Positions 15,422-30,157 of a stretch of DNA of 64,000 bases are shown here, piece by piece. Made by a program: the position numbers and the translations under genes. The DNA comes from the human T2T-CHM13v2.0 reference genome, Homo sapiens. The notes beneath the pieces are model-generated. The model made no database searches and was not told the DNA's origin. It saw nothing but the letters and a program-made list of their open reading frames with translations. The stretch is from the NCBI RefSeq assembly GCF_009914755.1, contig NC_060947.1. One strand, given 5' to 3'. The number at the start of each line of letters is the position of its first letter. The stretch's first letter is position 1.

Positions 15422-16379
15422 ATAAAATATTTATATAAATATTCTGGATTATAGTATAGAATATTTAAATATTCTATATATTTTTCAATAACTAAACAAA
15501 ATAAATAATATTACAAATATGCATATTGATATATATCTATCTATATCTATATCTTTTCTATACTATAACCACATAGATTTGGGGCTGAAATTATATTGTG
15601 ATAAAATAACATTCCAAAATTAGGTTCAGCATTTTTTAACTGAAGGTGGATTTCAAGTTTGCCTTTGGGTAGAGCTATTTGTTCTTTCTATTGAAGAGAA
15701 TTCCCATTAAAATTTAAATTCTGCAGAAGAACTTATCTTAATCATTGATATCTGCCACCATGAAGAACAGAAGATATCAACTGGACCTACAAATTTAAAA
15801 TACCCAGTTTATCATGTTTCTGTAGAGCAAAGCTTTAGATTTTCACATTCTATCTCACTTCCCACCATCCCAGAGCTTGTTAACACTTCTTATTCCAAGG
15901 TGATTTTGCCAATTATGTCAAGGCAGAACATCCAAAATGGCGCCCAGAAATGTGTTTTTACTGAGTTCCCCAAGAGACTTTCATGGATCTATCCCAAGAA
16001 CAATCTTTCAGAAATAGCAGCCTAGAATATGAATTTGTAAAGAACAAAAAGGGACAGACAAGCCTTGAAATGACTGTAGAGGGGAAATATGGAAAAATAA
16101 GAAGCCAAGGTACCATGAAAAGGTATTATCATGGAGGTCAAGAAACAAGCCAATGTCAAGAAGGTGCTTGGGGGTAATTTTAATGTCTGAAAATAAAATA
16201 AAATTTCTTGCAATGATTATATATATATAATCTCTTAGAATTGTATAATACATATAAAAACTCAGCTATATAATATAAAATAGAGATAATAGAATTAACA
16301 TAGAGTACACAGAATATAAAATATGAATTATTAGTCACATAAAATATGTACAACCCATTAATTAGCAGAGAAATTATTC

Positions 16380-16955
16380 AAAAGTACACTAAGATCATTT
16401 TTTTAACTATCAGTTTTGCAATCTGCTTAAATTTTGACTTAAGTCTCTGTTATAAGCGCTGAAGTGTGTCAGATTATAATGAGCTACAAAATTAGCTACA
16501 ATTCAATTCCTACCAAGGTCAATTGGTAAATATCTAAGAATATTACAAGTGTACCTATACTTGACCCAGAAATCTTATTGCTATGAAATTATCCTACAGA
16601 TACATACACACTTTTATGAAAAATAAGCACAAGGTTATTTATAGCTGCACTTTTTAAACAGAGAATTGGTTACACAGATGAATCATTTTCCATATGTATG
16701 AAGGAAATTACATAGCTGTAAAAAAAATACGGCATTTCGGAATTACCATGTAGCATTATGACACGATGGTCAGAATACAGTGCTAAGTAAAACAACAAAA
16801 GATTAGTAAGCAGAGAACAGAATGAAGCTATATGACATCTCTTGTGTAAAGGAATGTGGAAAATGAACACTGGTGTTTGTAGTTGCTTGCAATTGCACAG
16901 AGAATTTTTTGGATGGATTCATAAGACACTAACATATGTAGCTCTACTTGTCTGA
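16380..16955 (+). mobile_element. Old L1M(E) 3' fragment
   Basis: TACTTGACCCAGAAATCTTATTGCTATGAAATTATCCTACAGA and AAGGTTATTTATAGCTGCAC. Confidence 0.6.
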
Positions 16956-16957
16956 GT

Positions 16958-17760
<803 letters not shown>

Positions 17761-18188
17761 GTAGGAGAGAGATTTTATTTTCACTGCAAAGCACTTCAGT
17801 ATCTCTTCATTTTTTGAAGCACTGGCTGTATCTCTACCTCAGAAATAATTTGTGATGCCTCTTTTATCCAATGTTTACAACAAGTTTTTCTGAAACTTAA
17901 TAAGATTCTCGTAGAAAATACTTTCCCCTGAAGCCATACTAACATGTTGACAGGTTGGACATTTCTGAAGAGGACTTGTCATTCTCCTAACTTGTGTTGT
18001 CCAAGCCAATGCTGTCTTCAAACGGATTTGTTATCTTGAAAATGTGTAAAATGTCCCTCAGGAAAGTACCTTGAAAATCGCTTAAAAAAATGCATTCTTC
18101 TTTTCACAAATTCTTATTCAATATGCAATGTTAAAGTTTTATTCTGTTCTACTAGTAGCCAAAGGTGTGGTAAAAATTGTATTTATGC

Positions 18189-18479
18189 TGCCCAATGCAG
18201 TGGCTCACACCTGTAACCCCAGCACCTTGGGAGGCTGAGGCTGAAGGACTGCTTGAGTCCAGGAGTTCGAGACCAGCCTGGACAACACGGTAAAACCCTG
18301 TCTCTACAAAAAATACAAACATTAGCCAAGTGTGGTGGTGTGTAATTGTAGTCCCAGCTACTCGGGAGGCTGAGGTGGGGGGATTGCTTGAGCTGAGGAG
18401 GCAGAGGCTGCAGTCAGACAAGATTGCACCACTGCACTCCAGCCTGGGTGACAGAGTGAAACCTTGTCTAAAAAAAAAA
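18189..18479 (+). mobile_element. AluJ
   Basis: Dimeric Alu; GTATTTAT on both flanks as probable TSD core. Confidence 0.92.
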
Positions 18480-19779
18480 GTATTTATTACCCACAGCTGT
18501 TACAATAGCTGCTATAGTAATAATGATTTTTTAAAATTAAACTTTAGTAGTTCATAACAGACCACAAAATTGTTAATTCCCTGGACCATAAATAAATGTC
18601 ATCATTCATCTTAAATAATGCTTGGATTTGAGTGGAACACTATCTTGCTAGGTTGACCCTAATGTTGAAACATCAGTAGTAAAGAAGCACTAGAGAACAT
18701 TTTCTTCCAGGTAAAAATACTACACATGAAGGCTTTTTTAAAAACACTTTTAAGATGGGTATGCTGTGATAAATTAAGCATTCCAAAACCAAGCATTTAA
18801 TAAAAAGTGGTTTAGTGTAGACAGTCAATATCCAAAGTGCTCCTGCCCCCGGACATATTTCACTCCATCCCATAGAATATTTGACCAATTCAGAACCTGA
18901 AATAAATATTAAAGCTTTAGATTCTATTCACTAAGCCAGAGTAGTATATAACATAATTTTGCATGATTTCATTCAACAGTGTTTTACTGGGAATTGGCAC
19001 ATATTGAGGAAGAAAAGATGAATGAGAAAAATGTCCATCTTCTGCTGCTAATATCTAAGTGCAATAGACATAAAAATGTGTGACAGCATGATCTAGAATA
19101 CTTCCTCTCCTCCATGCTCTAAGTAGATGTTACTATAAATACCTAATTCTACAAAATGGACCCATTTATGATATAGAGCTGAAAGCCAATCTCTTTCTAA
19201 AGTGCTTTATTTCCCTTTGTGGAAATCATTCAAATTATTCAATTGTGAGACTTGGCTGGGTCTAAATGTTACCACCTAATACACAATCACGTCGACAAAT
19301 TGCTTTTCACTCTTTTATGGGCAATGCTCTGAAAATTATAAATATTGATTCCCACCTGAGGTATTTACACAGAGTCACTGAAAGGGAAAAATAAAATGAT
19401 TCTTGACAAATATTATGCTATGTTTCCTCAATCAGGTTTATTTGAGCACAATGGGTCACGTCTTTGCAATCATGATTCACCACTTGCTATATTTTAAAAA
19501 ATCAATCAAATACATGTAATTTAATCAGGTATGGGTTTGTAAACAGTTACAAAAAGACAAAAGAGGGAAGCATATAAATCAATGCATTAAAAGCTGTCTT
19601 CACACAGTGTATTTCATGACAACTCAGCCTATGAGATCATCTATTTTATCCAGGACAAGTGAAAATTTCTATAAAATGCTCAACAACCAAAGGCCGAGAA
19701 AAGCCCAGTGGCTTAATTCCAAAGTTTGTAAGTTTTTCCAAGCAATCACAGTGCTTTGTCTCTTCTATAGCCCTATTCC

Positions 19780-21690
19780 CCATGTATTCTTTCATAGAAA
19801 ATGCTCTAGTATTTGGTGTAAAGCATTTTTTTCTACATTAATATCATAAGGACATTATCCAATGTTTCATTCTGAATTTTTGAAGCATTTGCTTTTCACA
19901 TCAAGGTTTTAAGTTCACCTGGAGTTTAATTAATTTGTGCATCATGGAGATTTCTATTTGTCTTTCCCTCCTGTATTGACAACTGTGACAATATTGCTAT
20001 TTGCTACCGCAGTATCTATTCTTTTCCATCCGTATATGTTTGCATATAAACAGGTCTGATTTGTTCAGGATGATCGACACTTATAATCTGATATACACTC
20101 CTCTGCAAACTCTCTTAACACCTAGGTATAGCTATGAGATGCATTTCCAAAAAACGCAATGAAGGCTCAAGTCAGCTGGAACAAAATTACTTCACTCCTA
20201 CAAGAAGAATCGTTCAGATGTGTGACCTGCTCCCCTCTTTCGTCCTAGCTGTAGTGCGAATACTATTTATACAGAGCTTCTTGGAGCTATAACCCTGCAA
20301 TCCTGGGTTTCACAAAAATGAAGAAGAAAACTGCAAAATTTTTGGTACAGAATGACTTTCTTGAGCACTTCATTTTCCATACCTTAACGCTTATTATTAC
20401 ATAACAAAAATAAAGTGCCATTTGTTTAAGCAATTGATATGGATAGCTGTCAAACTATAATAGCCAAGAGCAATTGATAGAAAACTTGCCATTTTATCAT
20501 TCTTTATTTTGTATGTGAGATGTTCTTGTGACAGCTGCTTATAATGGAAACTTTGTCATATGAGAATTGCCATGTTCCATCTATCTCCATCTAAGCTCTG
20601 TAGTTTACAGAGATTTATTTTATTCACCCTGCCTAGATTCCACAGTGACCACTGTATAAATCTTGACATCCAAGGAGAAAAGCCATAACAACTATTCTGC
20701 ATTGTACTTCAAAATGTTCTTGGACACCCTTGGCTTGGTATATTTCCATACACGTTTTGGGGAGAAGTTTGTCAGTTCAAGAAAATATAGTTAAAATATG
20801 TTAGAATTTTAAAACCAATTGAGTGGAAATTTTTCATCTTCTAAACTCATTTGGGAGGAAATTTACATGCTTACACTTTTGATCCTAACCTGTATCAAAT
20901 ACTGACATACCTCAGTTTATTTTGATTTTCTGTTACGTTGCTCTTTAAACTTTTGTTCTTTTGCATATAAAGTTCTTGTTCATTTTTAATCCCATTTTTC
21001 ACAAAGAACTTACAGGTTTAGTGCAATTGCAGTTGTGATTTCCAAATAAATAATAGTTACATTTGTATTTGATAGTTGCTGGTGTACATTAATGCCACTA
21101 ATATGTGTGCACTGATCTTACACTGAGCATACTTTATAAAAATTATCATGTTATTTTATTCATGAATATATCTATGTAAAAGTTATATCATCTGCACCAT
21201 CTGCCAATAATAACTGTTTCTGTCTTTTTCTATTCTGTACCAATAGAACTTCCAATTTAGTATTAAATAAAATTGTCATGGTGGAGACATTTGTCATGTT
21301 ATGGATTTAAAGGGAATGTTTCTCATATTTCACCATTAATACCAATATTTCCTTTAATATAGTGTTGCATCTGTTTTATCAAGAGAGTTCCTTTATCTTT
21401 CAAATTTTATAGGCTCATTGTGTAGCATGATGTCACAATGTATCAACTAATTTCCTATATCTCTTGAAAAAAGTCAGGCCTCTCTATTTTAATCTGTTAA
21501 AAGGATACATTGATTCTGCTGATTTTTGCAATGTTGTATCATGTTTGCAAGTTTGTTTCATTGGGGTTATCGCCATTATTACCTGACTTAATTTGCTCAA
21601 CTTTGCAGCATGTTTGTTTCTATGCCAATAAGGAGAATCAGTCTGCGTGTTTTCCCTCACTGGCACTCGTGTTTTGGATTTGATAGGATG
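19780..21690 (-). mobile_element. Old L1M ORF2 remnants, with a probable MLT1-type LTR at ~20020-20470
   Basis: TTAAAGGGAATGTTTCTCATATTTCACCATTAA and CTTGACATCCAAGGAGAAAAG resemble antisense L1M; TGTTTAAGCAATTG is MaLR-like. Confidence 0.5.
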
Positions 21691-21990
21691 TTGGCTTTAT
21701 GGATGCAAGGCTCCTGCAAGACCCTGGACTTGGCCATGGTGAGATTAGCAGATGTGATACAACAGAGATGTGAAACGGCTCTGCTCATTTGGGGCTAATT
21801 TGCTGGTCTACCTTTGGCTAAGCCATTTGGAAATCCTGGGCAAGACTGATTGAAAATAAAAGATAAGAGAAACAACTGAGTTGCCCCAAGCCTCCCAGCC
21901 AAGACTATGGTTGCTGAATGATTGAAAGCTGATTCCCAGATGGGTGAGTGAGCCCAGGCAGGGTGGAGGGCCACCTACAATTAGAACATC
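21690..21990 (+). mobile_element. MLT1-family LTR fragment
   Basis: TTGGCCATGGTGAGATTAGCAGATGTGATACAACAGAG...GAGTGAGCCCAGGCAG. Confidence 0.5.
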
Positions 21991-22250
21991 TCGCAGTACT
22001 GTGGTCTGCCACTGGATGTTCTGGGACTTTAAAACCCCCCAAAATCTAACTGAACCAGGAACTATCCTCTGGTAAATGATATTTTCTACAAGACTGCTTG
22101 TTTTATAAAAATTTTCAAATTGATTGTCCCTATCCTAATGTTCTTTACATTTTTATATGTTATATCAATTTGAGGTAAGAGCCTTGTAACATAGTCTCAG
22201 AAACACTTATTTGTGTTTTCTGTCTTTATTCTGGGGAAAAAAAAAAAGAA

Positions 22251-22380
22251 TGACTGCAGTGGCTCACACCTGTAATCCCCAGCACTTTGGGAGGCTGAGG
22301 CAGGAGGATCGTTTGAGGCCAGGAGTTGGAGATCAGGGGCGGAAAATATAGCAAGACTCTGTCACAATAAAACAAAAAAA
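22251..22380 (+). mobile_element. FLAM / Alu left monomer
   Basis: GCAGTGGCTCACACCTGTAATCCC...GCAAGACTCTGTC plus A-tail. Confidence 0.85.
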
Positions 22381-23330
22381 TATACATTTGTCCTTAAAAG
22401 TCACTGAAGAATTTATAACATATTGTTTTGCCTATTTTATATAGTATTATTTAATATAATTTTAATATTATTTATCAATTATTTTATATTTATTATGAAT
22501 CTTTATGTTGAGAAAAAGAAGAAAAGGAATTTGTCATAAAGGTATCAAAAAATGGATACTGTTTTAAGAAGACTATATTTTAAACAAAGTATAAAAAAAA
22601 CAACAATAAGTTTAAAATTATTTTTCAAAATGATTACTTTAACAAACTGAAAACCTATTTTGACAAAAATGTTTTGGTTAAAAAATAACTTTAAAAAAAC
22701 TAGAATTAGAAAAAAAAATTCTCCCTACTCTTCTCTCGACTCTTGTTTATTACTGGAACATGATAAAATTGGTAGCTAACATGCAATACACTCTTTTCGT
22801 TTACCAAGAATGAAAAAAGAGAAAAGAAAAATGAAAGGAAGAAATAATAAAGGAAGAAAGATGGAAAGATGAAAAAAAAAGAAAGAATAGAAGTTGAATT
22901 ACATATAATAAAATTAAAACAAATGTCAGGCCTGCTGACAAAGCGTTCATATTTGCCAGCGGGAAAATCCTTATTTTCACAATGTTTTCAGCAGCATATA
23001 TCAGCAGAATATACTAGAATTACTCAGATAAATTAAGTTTGAATCTATGGATTTGTGGGACAGTGCTCCCTGGAAAATATCACTTAAGCCACGTAATTCA
23101 GACAGCATAGAATAAAGATGTTTGTTTCAGAACCAAAACAGTCAACTTTTTTTTTTAATCATTTCTAGGCATTATATAGTTAAACTCTGGACAAAGTGGG
23201 TTCCAAGCAGATAAACAGAGACCTAAGCAGAGATGTTGGTTTTCTAATACACATTGATACTTTCTGTGCATGTACTTGTATCATAGGAATAATCATTAAA
23301 ATTTTATGCTGGGGAAGATCTCCAATTTTA

Positions 23331-23341
23331 AGATAGATGAT

Positions 23342-23386
<45 letters not shown>

Positions 23387-23387
23387 C

Positions 23388-23428
<41 letters not shown>

Positions 23429-23530
23429 CATGATAGATAGATAGGCAGGCAGGCAGACAGATAAATAGATGGGATGGATAGATTAGATGGATGGATAGGT
23501 AAGTAGGTAGATATACAGACAGACAGATAA
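23331..23530. repeat. Compound (GATA)n tetranucleotide STR
   Basis: Two perfect GATA runs of ~10 units plus GGCA/GACA/GGAT variants. Confidence 0.97.
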
Positions 23531-23724
23531 GTGATTTCTACTGTGAGTTGTTTAACAAATGAGCTATGTAGAATTTTCCTAATATTTAAACATAAGTGGT
23601 TCGTAGATCTTTTTTATTTATATCTAACTCCATCACTTCACCATCATAGGAAATGGCATATTTGACCATTCTTTATGTTTTTGTTTGTTTGCTTGTTTTT
23701 TGTTTTTGAGATTTCCTTCAGAAT

Positions 23725-23911
23725 TGGAGTTAATAGATTTAGCAAATAAAAATACAAGATGCCTAAGTAAATTTGAATTTCAGTTAAGCAGCAAATAGTT
23801 TCTTAGTATAAGTATGCCTAATGCAATATTCTGGCATAGGTTTACTATAATTTGTTTGTTAGTTTAAATTCAAATTAAACTGAGTGTACTGTCTTTTAAC
23901 TGGCAACTTTA
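23725..23911. mobile_element. MER53 (palindromic hAT MITE)
   Basis: AGATTTAGCAAATAAAAATACAAGATGCC...AAATTTGAATTTCAG...AAATTCAAATTAAACTG...CTGGCAAC; 8 bp TSD TTCAGAAT/TTCAGAAC. Confidence 0.9.
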
Positions 23912-25096
23912 TTCAGAACAAACCAAAAAGTTGATTTTGAGAAATGTTCTATGAACGCTTAAGAAAAGCAAGTAATATTCTTATAGCTGAATTCAGGTTT
24001 GTAAACAGTTGACAAGACCATAGCTGCACATCGATGACAATAGTTAGCATAATTTATATCTTCTTGGTTTTTACCAATTTTTGTCAACTTTTCCCATTTC
24101 TTGAAGACACGGAATAAAGTCTTCATCACAATTGTTAAATTGCCAGGTTGCGATTCAACATTTTTGCTTAATTTAACTTATTAAGTTAGGACAGGCAAGT
24201 CCAGAATTGACGTCTTTTCTTGTTGAATCATTTTGTTAAATGTTTTTTCTCTTCCTTGTTTTGTCCATCAAATAAACAACCTCATCTTATTTTTTAATTA
24301 CCCATGTTCAGAGTGTTAAATTATAAAACATTTTGTGGAGAGAATAGAAATATGCTGTTTATTAGTTGTTGATGTCGGACCTTGCAAGATATTATTCAAA
24401 ATTTCCAACGAATCCGACCCCTTAGTTCATTCACCTCTTGCTGTTTCTTCAGGCTTTATGTCGCTACCTCTATTTCATTGTTCACATGTCAAAATTTCAT
24501 GGTCTTTCTATTCAGTTAAGTGTCATGTCCACAATCAATGTACTTTTAAAATATGCATGTAGTTTAAATAAGATGTTGAGCTACTCATATAAAATATAGA
24601 TGAGACATAATCCCAGATACATGCCTGACACACACAGCATTGCTTTATATCTTCATCATGGAGTTATAGGAATAAAGTGTTCATAACACGTTTACATTTC
24701 TTTTTAACATTTCAATAAATTTGGTTCTTGATCAAAATATACATCATCTCCCTTTTTGGTTCCACCTATTTTATGACTCTTGAAATTGTCAGAATGGTAA
24801 GCATGTGTTAAATGTTATATAAATCCTCCATTAAGAAACTAAAATTTCTGTAGATATTGTCTCTCTTCACTTTATAATTTGTTATGTGCCCTGTTTGACA
24901 TTTTCATAACAAGTGTCCTACTCGTACACGTAATCAAGGTTGAGGGAACCTCTCATATCCCACACCATGCCCCCTTTATTTTTGTCTTCAAACTCATAAA
25001 TCCTGACTACCTGGATACCCATTTTAGTTACATAAAGCTTCACAAAAGTGCTGTATTAACTAGAAATTAAAAAAAAAAAACATGCAAGCTATTTCA

Positions 25097-25440
<344 letters not shown>

Positions 25441-25464
25441 ATTAATGTTAGAAATGCCAGGGAA

Positions 25465-25936
<472 letters not shown>

Positions 25937-27879
25937 CTAATGAGGTTTTGCAATGAGCAGGCAAGCATTTCCCTGGGCTGCTACAGAGTCCACAATTGCC
26001 TGCCCAAATTCACACTACAGCTACTACAAAAGACTGCCAACCACTGGCATGACAGCACTCCCATACAATAATCTCTCTTTCTCCTGTGTTCTGATTTCAC
26101 TGTCATTGAGACAGATTCTGTCAGGAAGACAGCTCGCAAAGACTCCTGGGAAATGTAGTTTGCTGACTTCTAGCCCCAGTGTTACAGAAGGGAGTTTAGA
26201 AAAGTTGGCCTGAGCAGGGACAAAACCAGATAACTGAATAACCAGAACTGGCTATTAGATATATATCTCACGTACACATTAAAAGATGAAAGCATATGTG
26301 ATGACAATTCATGCTAATTATGTCATTGGAGGATCCTTTGCCATTACACAAAAATAAACAATCACCAGTTCCTGATCCAATTTGGTTCAAGGAAGTCTTC
26401 ATTTTCTTATACTTGGTTGTGCAAGTAGACTCCTGGAACATCACACTAAATTTTTACTTTCTTCCTGTAACCTTTGTTACTCTTCCAGGGATGATATAGT
26501 AGCAATACCTTTGCACTGAAAACTTGGCAATTTCCAAGAAACACATTCATTCAAAAACCGGCAGAATTATTTGCAAAACTAACACATAAGATACTATTGT
26601 GTTTTTATCAGTTATTCTTTATCTGTGTTCTATTGTTTTTCAGATTTTTGCATGAAGAGGGGCAGGAGGCTGAGAGGCATAGCCAGGCAAGCTAAGTTTC
26701 CACTTTGTTCTCTGAATATTAAAATAACATAATTACCATAGAAAGCCTTGAATGAGAATTTCATAACCTTATGGCTCTTTTCCTTAACTGCAGTTATCTT
26801 TTGCTTGTATTTTTTCATGTGACTTTAATGAGCAGAAACTTTGAATTCAAGAGGTAATTCTGAAAAAATCAATACACTTGGCCATCACTCAAAAATTTTA
26901 GTGACATAACCTGAATCTGATTATATCTTCATATTAATAAGTTTGCAATTTGTTTTCTAATTAAAAAAATAATAGAACAGAGGAATAAATTTATATTCCT
27001 AATAGGAAAGGTCATTGCATGTTTTAGCACAGGTGGAATTATAATTATTTTTGAAATTACTGTAACAATGAATTTTCTCCTCAAAAGTCTAATTAATTTT
27101 AAAAAATCAAAATAGCTAATTGGAGTTTCTGTCATGTGGTTTACATTTCCATTTACAGTGACAATTTAGACTTGTTCCTGATGATTTTGGAGAGCTCGGG
27201 GAGCAGCATTTCTGGTATGCCTTTTTCCTACATTTACATACATTTTCATTTAGTTTTCAACATATCCAATTGTCTTTTCATTTACGTTTTTATTATGCAC
27301 TGTAGCAGGTACGTATTAGAATGAAGATGTTAAACTGTGCACACTACAAGAAAATTAAAAGAAAATATATATAAGTAATATTTCCCTTCAATGCATGGAT
27401 GCAGCTGTTGAGAGCACTCTACTCATTGATCTTGACCATGGCTTTACTGAGTTGAATCCTTATCAATGTTCCCAGGAGGCATGATTCCTACACAGGACAA
27501 TGTTCTAGTGATAGTATTCTCATTTCTGCAACTCTATGCTCTCATTACTTTACATATCAATTAAACTTTATTTGGACACTTGGCATTTTAGATTTGATCT
27601 TGTTGGATGCTCAAGATCATCTGACGAGATGATCTAATATTTTCATGTGTGTATCCCAATAAATAGTCCTGAGCTTTGTTCTGGGGTTCAATTAGGTACG
27701 TTGAAAACAGTTTGGTCCTTTTTGAGCAACGCATATTAGGTGGTACCAGAGCAGCACTTAATCTAGGCAAAACCATCCACTACTAAAGACGCCAGACCTT
27801 TCTGTGTACTTCACCCAATCCCACTGACTTGTGAACTGTTAAACTAGTCTAGCTGGCGAGGACTGCCAGTATTCTTAGA

Positions 27880-28520
27880 TGTGGCTAAGCACAAACAACT
27901 CCCTGCTCTGACTCATTCAGGTGGTTCTTTCCTGCCCTCAGGGAGTTTCCCAATACACTCTTCTGCTGAATAGTGGGGGGGACCCATGGTAGGTCTCTAG
28001 ATTTCCTTCTCTTCTTCAAGGCTCTCTCCTGCAAAGGATGTCCATATTTTTCTTTGATTCTGAATCTATGATTCTCTGATTCTGAGCTTCGTCTCCCCGA
28101 TTCATGGAGTTTCACTGGGCTTCTTCTGAAATCCACTTTCATATGCAGTAGCCTGGAAACTCTCTCCTGATTGTGAGCTTGGGGCAACTGTGGGGTTCAA
28201 CTCCTTGTTTTGCCCATCTTTCTTTTTTATTTTATTTTATTTTATTTTATTTTTTTATTATTATTATACTTTAAGTTTTAGGGTACGTGTGCACAACGTG
28301 CAGGTTTGTTACATATGTATACATGTGCCATGTTGGTGTGCTGCACCCATTAACTCGTTCTTTAGCACTAGGTATATCTCCTAATGCTATCCCTCCCCCC
28401 TACCCCCACCCCACAACAGTCCCCAGTGTGTGATGTTCCCCTTCCTGTGTCCATGTTTTGCCCATCTTTCATTGCCTTTTGCTCACTGTCTTGACAACTG
28501 TTGGGGTTTTTTTTTATATT
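27880..28520 (-). mobile_element. Old L1M 5'-end fragment interrupted by a young L1
   Basis: CTGCTGAATAGTGGGGGGACCC...GCCTGGAAACTCTCTC...TGGGGCAACTGTGGGGTTCA resembles L1ME-type 5' sequence. Confidence 0.5.
28223..28453 (-). mobile_element. Young 5'-truncated L1PA (PA2-PA4-like) 3' end
   Basis: TTATACTTTAAGTTTTAGGGTAC...GCTATCCCTCCCCC...; perfect 17 bp TSD TGTTTTGCCCATCTTTC at 28206-28222 and 28454-28470. Confidence 0.95.
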
Positions 28521-30157
28521 TTAAACATATGTATATTTATATATATATAAAATAGGTTATTAAACTTTTATTCCAAACCAATCTATTGGGTTTTCCTGTT
28601 ACTTCTGTCTAGCATGTTCATACCGTAGAAGTAGAATTTGTAAGATACAAGTGGAAAGTAATTTTTGTCATTGCCTTAATCATGTGTTTCAATTCTTCTT
28701 CAGCCTTATTCAACAGGCAGTTTTCTCAGGTAATGAAATCTCCTCCCCTTATTGAAATCTCAAGGGCTGTTAATCTGATTTCAAAATAACACAAATGTCC
28801 AGGTTCACATAATATTCAACTCTGGGAGTCTATTCATTTTTATGCTAAAGTGGTCATAAAATATAATTTGCAGTATTTGTTTTTAATAGAGGAAGATTCC
28901 CCACAGAAGCAAAAGTACCTCCATCCATATAAGTTGTAACGTATCTGGTGTCTACCCTTAATCTCTACGCTTCTACCCTTCTTTAAGTATTCTTCACCAT
29001 GACAATCATTTCTTTTTTCTTCATTTGGTTAATTTTCTTATGCATTGTAATTCTCTTATTAGAGTAAATTGGGAGAAAAGTGCTGTATATTTCTACCGTT
29101 TATACTTTGAGTAGAATAAGGGCTGACATCATACCGTGAGTCTTTAAAATATACTTGAGTGAATTGTGTTGGAATGTCTGTGTTGTTCACTAATCAAGAT
29201 TTAGCCGCACATGTATATACGAGGAGAACACTAGCTACCATGTGAATTTTAAACGGATAATGAGCTCATATAAATTATGCAATTTTATTTTAGTGCACAA
29301 AATTATCCTTTATTTTGATTTGATTTAAGATAAATATAGCAAAATTCTATGAAGATGGGGAGACATTTCCCAATTATTTTAGTTAGAAATATTATCATAG
29401 CATGATGTTGATTACTAAGTAAAGCATGAGTAAATTCCATTTTACCTGTCTTAAGTATAGCTATGATGAATTAGTAAGTGTTGACACCACTTCTGATAAG
29501 TCTATTATAATGTCTGCAATGGAAACATAGTATTTCCCAACATCATATGACTAACTCTAGTCATAATCAAATCAAAACTCTACTCGCAATCGCTCAAATT
29601 ATTTGATCAATATATCAAAATATCCCACTGATATAACAGTCTTTATTCATGATTGCAAAACAGTCTCACTATTAATTAAAGAGAAGCAATTGACATAATT
29701 GATTTATATTTAAAAATCAGAATGATTTATAGCTTGCTCTGAAATTTATATTTGGAGCAGAAATACATTTAACTCCAATTTTAATTTGTGCATTCAAAGT
29801 AGTAGAAATAATACTTTTTTTGAAATACATGAGACTAACATGATTCTAGCTCCCAGCGAAATCCTAAATACTACTTATATTTGTGAAGTCGATACAGAAT
29901 TTTAATAATTTTGATTTTTCTCTAGCAATAATAAATATATCTGGTTGTGATATTTTAATATGTGATTTAGAGACTTTACAAATTAAATACCTATTGTGTT
30001 CAGTATAAATACACTTACAACATGCTTCATAGAAATGCATTGTATGCCAATGCTTTATAAATCCCCTTTGCATGGTAATAGGTTTATGACTGGAGCACCT
30101 TCTGTCATTTCACTCCAAGCACCTTTAAATAGAACAGCAAATCAGTGAGTTTAATGT

